A DNA stretch of 54,922 bases from Pseudomonadota bacterium (GTDB lineage Bacteria > Pseudomonadota > Alphaproteobacteria > Caulobacterales > Hyphomonadaceae): the NCBI GenBank assembly GCA_038630445.1, contig JBCBCO010000001.1, forward strand, positions 1 to 54,922. The letters are read 5' to 3'. Both the position numbers and the translations under genes were made by a program. Below the pieces are notes generated by a model. The model did not search any database, was not told where the DNA came from, and saw only the letters and a list, made by a program, of their open reading frames with translations. Numbering within the stretch: position 1 is the first letter of the stretch; each line of letters opens with the position of its first letter. Positions 48,215 through 54,922 of this stretch are shown here, in pieces.

Positions 48215-48997
48215 TCAATCAGAGCCGCTAAAATCCGGCTTCCGTTTCTCCAGAAACGCTGTGTAACCTTCTTTGAACTCCGCGCCAGCAAAACCGCTCA
48301 CCTGCAAGTCCCGCATCGCTTGTGGCTCGACGGATGCCCCGCTGGCAATGGTGTTGAGCATTGTCTTGGCCGCTGATAGCGCCCAAGGCGACAGCGCTGC
48401 AATATCGTCAGCGATTTGCGTTGCAACGGCCAACGCGTGTCCGTCCTCAACACTCCGCGACACAAGCCCAACACGTTCCGCCTCGCCCACATCCATAATG
48501 CGCGCACTTAGCATCAAGTCGCGCGCAGGACCTTGCCCAACCAGATCGACCAGTCGTCGCAAATCTAAATATGGGTAGCTCGCCCCGATTTTCGCTGGGG
48601 GCAGGGCGAATTTCGCTCCACTCGCTACAACACGAATGTCTGCGGCTGTCACAATCGACAGACCCGCACCCATGCAGCTGCCCTCAATCGCAGCGATCAC
48701 AGGCTTGGGGCAAGCCTCAATCGCTGCCGTTGCCCGCGCGAGCTGATCGGCCGCCGTATGCGCTTTGGCTTCGGTCTCCCACTGCGTTGCGAATTCGGAC
48801 ATATCCGCTCCAGCCGCGAAGTGTGTACCTTCGCCGCGAATAATCACAGCGCGCACATTCTCGTCGTCTGAAAAGCCGGTCATGGCCTGCTCTATGCCCG
48901 CCCACATGGACAGGTTCAGCGCATTACGCCGCTTAGGATAGTCAATCACCACATGTGCGATTGGGCCGTCACGCTCGACCCTGATTTGCCCGCTCAT
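48215..48997 (-). CDS. Enoyl-CoA hydratase/isomerase family protein
   Basis: RRNAL, FAAGADMSEF, PKPVIAAIEGSCMGAG, AFLEKRKPDF; ATGA overlap with the amidase. Confidence 0.88.
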   Translation of the reverse strand: MSGQIRVERDGPIAHVVIDYPKRRNALNLSMWAGIEQAMTGFSDDENVRAVIIRGEGTHFAAGADMSEFATQWETEAKAHTAADQLARATAAIEACPKPVIAAIEGSCMGAGLSIVTAADIRVVASGAKFALPPAKIGASYPYLDLRRLVDLVGQGPARDLMLSARIMDVGEAERVGLVSRSVEDGHALAVATQIADDIAALSPWALSAAKTMLNTIASGASVEPQAMRDLQVSGFAGAEFKEGYTAFLEKRKPDFSGSD

Positions 48998-50535
48998 GCA
49001 GGTTTGAACGTCGGCAGGCGGTCTATCCAAGGCTGCGCTTCTTCCAACTCATAAGCGAGCGCCAGCAGCATCCCGTCATCACCTCGCACGCCAGAGAACA
49101 TGGACCCAATTGGAAGTCCGTCCGCGCTCCACTGAATCGGAACGGACATGGACGCTGCACCCGCAACGTTCATCGGCGATGTGAAGCAGGCATAGTTCAG
49201 AACCTTCTCCATCACCGTGTCATAATCCCCGTCGGGTGCCTGTTCCCCAATCTTCGGCGCCACGGTCGAAACGGTTGGCGTCAAGAGGACATCAAAAGCC
49301 TCAAACCAGCTCTCATAGACGGCTTGGAAGGCTTGAAGGTAAGCCACCACGTCTTCGAACTCGCCCGCGCGCCGCATAAATTGCATCGCAAGTCCGAGTG
49401 TCCATGGCTCCAGAATGTCCGGCCCAATCGGCTTGCCACTGAACGCACTCGCATCTTGTGCGAATTGTGCTGCGCCGGCCGCCCAATACATCAGGAATTG
49501 GTCGCCGAACTCGACCCCATCAATCGGGATTTGATAGTCGATGACCTCGTGACCCAAATCACGGCAAAGCTGCGCTGTGCGTTCAATGCCAGCGCGCGTT
49601 TCGCCATCCAGCGTCGCGCCATTGATCGGGTCCGGCGCATAGGCGATGCGGAGCCGTCGAGAATTCGGTCCCTCGATACGGCCGATACGCTCCAATCCGT
49701 TCGCGGCAACCTCTGTTTCAGCAAACAGGGCCGCACTGTCCCGCACGCTCAGGGTCACAGCGTGGTTGACTGAAATCGACACTGGGGCGTCAAGTCTACG
49801 GAAGGGCAGGGCACCTCGGCTCGGCTTTAGTCCAAACAGCCCGCAAGCCGCTGCCGGTATTCTGATCGATCCACCGCCATCGCTTGCATGCGCAAACGGC
49901 ACCACGCGTGCTGCCACGAGTGCAGCAGCGCCACCGGATGACCCACCAGGCATCCGGCTCAGATCAAATGGATTGCGCGTAGCTCCACTCACCAGCGGCT
50001 CTGTTGACGAAATCAGTCCCATTTCCGGTGTCGTTGATTTACCGAGACTGATCAGGCCCGTACCTCGCCATGCGGCGGAGAAAACATCATCCCCTGTGGC
50101 GACATTTCCCTTGAAAGCGCGTGATCCGTACAGCGTCGGTGCGCCTGTCCAGTCGGCAAGGTCCTTGATGAAAGTCGGCACGCCACTGAACGCGCCATCA
50201 GACGGTGCTTCTGCCGTCTCAAGAGCTTCATCATAGCTGTCGTTGACGATAGCATTGATCAGCGGTTCAGCCGCTTTTGCCCGCGCGATTGCCGCCTGTG
50301 TCAGGTCAAGGCTCGTAACCTCGCCGCGTGCCATCATTGCGACATGCTCCAGACCGTCCGGGATAGCTTTCGCGGTATAGCCGGGCGCGGCTTCAGTGAC
50401 TTGGATCTCAGAAACAGATTCACTCGTGACGGTCTCTTCAGCGCTATTACTTGCTCCGCAAGCACCAAGAGACGGGGCCAGCGCGGCAAAAGCAGCGCCG
50501 GATTGAAGAAGTCTGCGTCTGGTGGGTGAAGTCAT
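48994..50535 (-). CDS. Amidase signature family enzyme with Tat/lipoprotein signal
   Basis: TRRRLL twin-Arg plus SLGAC lipobox; IKDL, GGSSGGAAA, SDGGGSIRIPAA (Lys-Ser-Ser triad). Confidence 0.9.
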   Translation of the reverse strand: MTSPTRRRLLQSGAAFAALAPSLGACGASNSAEETVTSESVSEIQVTEAAPGYTAKAIPDGLEHVAMMARGEVTSLDLTQAAIARAKAAEPLINAIVNDSYDEALETAEAPSDGAFSGVPTFIKDLADWTGAPTLYGSRAFKGNVATGDDVFSAAWRGTGLISLGKSTTPEMGLISSTEPLVSGATRNPFDLSRMPGGSSGGAAALVAARVVPFAHASDGGGSIRIPAAACGLFGLKPSRGALPFRRLDAPVSISVNHAVTLSVRDSAALFAETEVAANGLERIGRIEGPNSRRLRIAYAPDPINGATLDGETRAGIERTAQLCRDLGHEVIDYQIPIDGVEFGDQFLMYWAAGAAQFAQDASAFSGKPIGPDILEPWTLGLAMQFMRRAGEFEDVVAYLQAFQAVYESWFEAFDVLLTPTVSTVAPKIGEQAPDGDYDTVMEKVLNYACFTSPMNVAGAASMSVPIQWSADGLPIGSMFSGVRGDDGMLLALAYELEEAQPWIDRLPTFKPA

Positions 50536-50619
50536 GTCTGCGTCTCCTGCGAATTTTTTCGTTTGCGCGCGACTCTGGCGCGCTCGCAGGAGACTGACAA
50601 GACTTGATTTGGCTTAGAG

Positions 50620-51396
50620 CTACTTCCCAAACCCATAGACCAATGAAACACGGCTGATCGTGTCAGTGTCTTCAAACCCATCAACCGGATCGGTATCGTG
50701 ACGAACTTCATAGGAGACACGTGCGGACAATGTATCGGTCAAGCTCGCGGTCAGAGCCGTAATGTTACCGATCTGGGTCGATGTTTCCGCATAAAGCACG
50801 TTCGTATCATTGGTCAGGCCAACATTCTCATTGAACTGATAGGCCCAATTAGAGGTTGCTGTGGCGCCGAATGATTCCTCAGTTTCTGCAGGAGTCAGCA
50901 CCGTTACCGGCGTTGTGGACGTGTCCAGAATAGCTTCGATTTCATCGATCTTGAGGCCCGGTCCACCGCGAACGGTCCATTGCAAGGCCTCTGAATTGAA
51001 GATCTCATAGCCCAGGCCGCCACCAATAAACATGCGGGACTCAAAGCCTGAAAACTCATCAACTTCATAGGAAAGCTGGCCAAAGCCGAACAATTTGTCT
51101 GTGATTTGACGATCCAGATTGGCGCCGAGGAAAATGCGATTCTTGGTTTCTGCGCCATCGGTTTCGCCATAGTCAGCGCTCGCCTGAATGCCGACTTTCC
51201 AGAGCCCGAACTCGCGCCCCAGATCCAAACCGAGGCCGAGGTCGGTTGTTTCTGTATTCCCGGTCGTTACACCCGCACTGAGCGAGCCTTCGCCGGTCCA
51301 CTTGGAAGCTTCATCCTCCTGCGCGGCCGCTGTTGCCATGAGGCTGATTGCAGCGAGTGAAGCTGCGATGGAATTGAGGGCTGATAAAAATGCCAT
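50620..51396 (-). CDS. DUF481/YdiY family outer-membrane beta-barrel
   Basis: Signal peptide, WTGEGSL...TTGNTET, alternating beta-strand pattern, C-terminal LVYGF. Confidence 0.85.
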   Translation of the reverse strand: MAFLSALNSIAASLAAISLMATAAAQEDEASKWTGEGSLSAGVTTGNTETTDLGLGLDLGREFGLWKVGIQASADYGETDGAETKNRIFLGANLDRQITDKLFGFGQLSYEVDEFSGFESRMFIGGGLGYEIFNSEALQWTVRGGPGLKIDEIEAILDTSTTPVTVLTPAETEESFGATATSNWAYQFNENVGLTNDTNVLYAETSTQIGNITALTASLTDTLSARVSYEVRHDTDPVDGFEDTDTISRVSLVYGFGK

Positions 51397-51509
51397 GTCT
51401 ACGCTCCTGTCTTCGGATGCGTAGGACGAATAAATTTTAGCCCTTAATTGCGTGTGAAAGCGCTGCTAGTCTGCCCGCGATGACGCAGCTTTGCATCCGC
51501 GAACAGCCT

Positions 51510-51995
51510 TCATAAGTATATTCTGTAGCTTTCGCGGTCTTCGACATGTTCTGCCCCAAAGCGTTTGTAGAACCGTATGCCTGAATGATTATGTATTTTC
51601 ACGTTCCAGTCTATCCGGGCGCATCCTTCGTCTCGTGCAACTTGGATGACCCGTTCCATGATTTGAGCGCCGATATCTCGATTGCGATAAGCATTTCGGA
51701 CGTAGAGCTCCTTTAGAAGACATTGCTTATTATGCTCCGGGCGCGGATCAACGAGAGAGTGAAAAAAAGAAACCGCTGCGAAGCCTATAACGTCGTCTTT
51801 TTCGGTATAGGCGACCAGCAATTTTGAGGCGCTGTTTTCGCCTGAGAGGTTTTCGCTCAAATGTTGGCGGACGTCTTCGCGCGCAACACTCTGCCCATGA
51901 TTGTAGTATTCGAATAGCTCGCAGAGTAAATCGACCATCGAGTCCGTTTGGCCAGCGCTGAACCAAGAGACCTCTATGCCAGTATCGTCAACCAA
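51510..51995 (-). CDS. GNAT family N-acetyltransferase
   Basis: LKELYV...YRNRDIG, IDWNV...[10 protein letters not shown]; start uncertain. Confidence 0.8.
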   Translation of the reverse strand: MVDDTGIEVSWFSAGQTDSMVDLLCELFEYYNHGQSVAREDVRQHLSENLSGENSASKLLVAYTEKDDVIGFAAVSFFHSLVDPRPEHNKQCLLKELYVRNAYRNRDIGAQIMERVIQVARDEGCARIDWNVKIHNHSGIRFYKRFGAEHVEDRESYRIYL

Positions 51996-53076
51996 CCTGA
52001 CCCCGGTGTCTTAACTTTGCATCCGCCAGAACGCAGGCCATCATGGCTTCAACAACTGGAACAGCTCGTATCCCGACGCACGGATCATGGCGCCCGCGGG
52101 TCTGTACCTCGACGTCCCGACCATCGCGCGTCACAGATTGCGTTTCGCGTAAGATAGAACTCGTCGGCTTAATCGCGACGCGCACGACCAAATCCTGCCC
52201 CGTCGTAAGCCCGCCTGCAGTGCCGCCATTATTGTTTGATAGAAAGCGCACGCCGTCATTGCCCATACGCATCTCATCCGCGTTCTGCTCGCCTCGATAA
52301 CTCGCCGCCGCAAAGCCAGCGCCGATCTCAACGCCCTTGGCCGCATTGATGCTCATCATCGCGCCCGCCAGTTCAGCGTCAATCTTGCCATAGATCGGCG
52401 CGCCCCATCCGGCGGGAACCCCGCTTGCCTGAACTTCGACGACCGCACCAACAGAAGACCCTTCACTGCGCACACGATCAAGATAGTCTTCCCACTTGGC
52501 AGCTGCGCTCGCATCCGGGCACCAGAAGGGGTTGTCGCGTGTCACATCCCAGTCCCATGCCTCGCGATCAATGCTCTTCTCACCAATCGAAACGACAGCG
52601 CCACGGATAACAATGTCTTCGCCCAATACTTTCCGCGCTACAGCGCCTGCTGCCACACGCGCCGCCGTTTCGCGGGCAGAGCTGCGCCCACCGCCGCGAT
52701 AGTCCCGCACGCCATATTTCTGATCATAGGTGTAATCCGCATGCCCCGGGCGATAGCTGTCCCGGATCTCGGAATAGTCCTTGGACCGCTGATCGACATT
52801 TTCGATCATCAGGCTGATCGGCGTGCCGGTCGTGATAGACCCATCTGTGCGATCATCCTCAAACACGCCGGACAGAATCTTTACCTGATCCGGCTCTTTG
52901 CGCTGCGTGACAAAGCGTGACGTGCCCGGCCGCCGCATATCTAGAAAATGCTGAATATCGGCCTCGCTTAGCGCCAATCCCGGCGGGCAACCATCCACGA
53001 CACAGCCCAAAGCCGGCCCATGGCTTTCACCCCAGGTCGTCACCCGAAACAGATGTCCAAACGTATTATGCGACAT
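51988..53076 (-). CDS. aroC: Chorismate synthase
   Basis: [38 protein letters not shown]. Confidence 0.97.
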   Translation of the reverse strand: MSHNTFGHLFRVTTWGESHGPALGCVVDGCPPGLALSEADIQHFLDMRRPGTSRFVTQRKEPDQVKILSGVFEDDRTDGSITTGTPISLMIENVDQRSKDYSEIRDSYRPGHADYTYDQKYGVRDYRGGGRSSARETAARVAAGAVARKVLGEDIVIRGAVVSIGEKSIDREAWDWDVTRDNPFWCPDASAAAKWEDYLDRVRSEGSSVGAVVEVQASGVPAGWGAPIYGKIDAELAGAMMSINAAKGVEIGAGFAAASYRGEQNADEMRMGNDGVRFLSNNNGGTAGGLTTGQDLVVRVAIKPTSSILRETQSVTRDGRDVEVQTRGRHDPCVGIRAVPVVEAMMACVLADAKLRHRGQVG

Positions 53077-53153
53077 GAGCGCTTTCCCGTGGTCTCAAAG
53101 TTTGCAGTGTCCTATATGCAAAGCACAAACCTAACAAACGGTCACGACGCCTC

Positions 53154-53831
53154 ATGCCTGACATCAAAACTGATATGCCCGTCTCTATCCCGGCCAGCCC
53201 CAGTGCCGAAGATTACGCGACCGAACCCGACCGCGCGTTGATTCCGGATGTGAGCGATCCGTTCGCGCTGCTCGACACCTGGCTTGCCGAGGCCAACGCA
53301 TCCGAACTGAATGACAGCACAGCCATGTCACTCGCCACAGTTGACGCAGACGGCATGCCGGATGTCCGCATCGTGCTTTTGCGTGGCCTATCCGCCGAAG
53401 ACGGTTTCAAATTCTACACAAATTATGACAGCGCGAAGGGTACTCAGTTGACCGCTAACCCCAAAGCCGCGCTCTGTTTCCATTGGAAGAGCCTGCGACG
53501 GCAGGTGCGTGTGCGCGGCCAAATCGAAAAGCTTCCAGCCGACCAATCCGATACCTATTTCGCAGGGCGTGCCGCCCAGAGCCGGATTGCAGCCATCGCC
53601 TCAGATCAATCCCGTCCACTTGCGTCACGCGACGTCTTCGATCAACGCATCGCAGAGATCAGCGCTGTTTACGGCGATGACGATGATATTCCGCGCCCTG
53701 ATCATTGGGGTGGCTACCGTCTTATTCCAACCGAAATCGAGTTCTGGCAGGATCAAGCCTTCCGCATGCACGACCGTTTGAAACTGGTCCGCGAAGGCGA
53801 AGGCTGGACAGTCTCGCGCCTCTACCCTTAG
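53154..53831 (+). CDS. pdxH: Pyridoxamine 5'-phosphate oxidase
   Basis: RIVLL, FYTNYDSAKG, RQVRVRG, EFWQ...RMHDR, RLYP. Confidence 0.95.
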   Translation: MPDIKTDMPVSIPASPSAEDYATEPDRALIPDVSDPFALLDTWLAEANASELNDSTAMSLATVDADGMPDVRIVLLRGLSAEDGFKFYTNYDSAKGTQLTANPKAALCFHWKSLRRQVRVRGQIEKLPADQSDTYFAGRAAQSRIAAIASDQSRPLASRDVFDQRIAEISAVYGDDDDIPRPDHWGGYRLIPTEIEFWQDQAFRMHDRLKLVREGEGWTVSRLYP

Positions 53832-54508
53832 TCTTCACAAACGTTCCATAGCGCAGCAATCGCTGGATCATCCGTTTTATCGACAAGCAGTTCACTTGAG
53901 AGTGGAATGAAATCCACATCCGGATGCGTGCGGATGTAAGTCGTCGCGCTATAAACATCCGGTATATCGCGATCTGGCGCGGCGCACGTGTAGGCTGTTG
54001 CGTTCAAGGTCAAAGCGTTCTCGCCGTCCGAATTTTGTTTGAGGATATTTAGCGTCTGCTGCGCCTTAGCAATTTGAAGCTTGTCCTGTTCGCTCAACCT
54101 GAAGGCCGCGAAATAGAACTCATCTCTGGCATCCGCGTCTAAGAGCGGGGAGCTGACCGCATCCTTCTGAACGAGATTGAAGGTCTCATCAATCGGTGTT
54201 TCCCCATTCGACATCTGCACGCGCAAAAGAAACTCCGCATCCCGTCTTTGGCTCAATGGAAAGGCGTCATGGAGCCGGAACACAACTTCGAGGTCTGTCA
54301 GATCGTTTTCCAAGGGGTTGATCGACCCGGCGGCTTTCTTAACAGCCGCCTCAAAATCCGCCTCGGGGTCAGCAAACCTCATATTTCCAGGCAGAACCGG
54401 ATCAGCGTCTTCTGTTTTTGTGACATCAACCTGTGCATGTCCGTTAAGACCGGATGCGATCAGAGTTAAGAATACCAAAATGACTTTTAAGATGACACCA
54501 AACCGCAT
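53828..54508 (-). CDS. Hypothetical exported protein
   Basis: Signal peptide (..GHA-Q), GGAGG SD, two Cys; no family recognised. Confidence 0.7.
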   Translation of the reverse strand: MRFGVILKVILVFLTLIASGLNGHAQVDVTKTEDADPVLPGNMRFADPEADFEAAVKKAAGSINPLENDLTDLEVVFRLHDAFPLSQRRDAEFLLRVQMSNGETPIDETFNLVQKDAVSSPLLDADARDEFYFAAFRLSEQDKLQIAKAQQTLNILKQNSDGENALTLNATAYTCAAPDRDIPDVYSATTYIRTHPDVDFIPLSSELLVDKTDDPAIAALWNVCED

Positions 54509-54601
54509 TCGAACCTCCTTGTTCCCGATCTGACGATAGACTGGAACAGCCCTTAAAGCTATCCATTCCGCGCGAGTGGTATCGAAGATGAAGGCGACTG
54601 A

Positions 54602-54922
54602 ATGGCTGACTTGTCAAATTATGAGAGCAAGCTTGCCCTCGTCACCGGGGCAGGCGACGGCATTGGCGCGATGCTCGCTCGTAGTTTTGCGAGCGTGGGT
54701 ATGCGGGTTTGTGTACAGGACATCCGTGAAGACGCTGCCCGTGGTGTCGCCGAAGAGATCGGTGGAGGTGCCTTTCCACTCGCTTTTGATGTCTCTGATC
54801 GCGTTCGCTTTGCCCTTGATGAGCGGCGATCCAACACCGACGCCCGCATTGATCCAGAGCAGGTTCAGCGGGCCGTGGCTCTGGATCTTTTCCGCGGCTT
54901 CGAGACATGCGTCGCGATCAGA
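54602..54922 (+). CDS. Short-chain dehydrogenase/reductase, partial, with 54804-54912 inverted
   Basis: MADLSNYESKLALVTGAGDGIG...DVSDR on the plus strand; the SDR continuation DACLEAAEKIQSHGPLNLLWINAGVG is found only on the minus strand. Confidence 0.85.
   Translation, partial: MADLSNYESKLALVTGAGDGIGAMLARSFASVGMRVCVQDIREDAARGVAEEIGGGAFPLAFDVSDRVRFALDERRSNTDARIDPEQVQRAVALDLFRGFETCVAIR

Noticed and set aside
51510-51995. GNAT gene looks more AT-rich, possibly a horizontally acquired cassette
   Set aside because: Judged only by eye; no attC, IS ends or target-site duplication seen. A GC and codon-usage calculation would be needed.

Overview
Mostly core-genome DNA from a moderately GC-rich alphaproteobacterium. 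The divK-pleD pair, zinc-ribbon DinB, GTTC-N7-GTTC SOS boxes, apparent leaderless genes and many exported lipoproteins suggest a marine Caulobacterales/Hyphomonadaceae-like organism (inference). About 57 CDS are present, including dinB, divK, pleD, rpmG, rnr, topA, lptGF, pepA, holC, rimM, ruvCAB, tadA, rsmD, trmB, a csp gene, guaA, kdsD, aroC and pdxH. I found no rRNA, tRNA, CRISPR array, integrase, transposase, phage gene or recognisable defence system. The most notable observations are: (1) a stand-alone, blue-tuned DTE proteorhodopsin with no retinal genes nearby, whose upstream region has an ECF sigma-E-like promoter and two PhaR-like boxes; (2) a BacNav-type voltage-gated channel with an atypical TMDGWRFE selectivity filter; (3) a mosaic multi-hairpin repeat fused to the guaA stop codon; (4) a 109-bp intragenic inversion in the terminal SDR gene, most likely an amplification or assembly chimera; (5) an M1 peptidase/DUF6702/tandem double-FKBP lipoprotein cluster. 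No clearly new multi-gene system is demonstrated. The proteorhodopsin regulatory region and the channel are the best leads.
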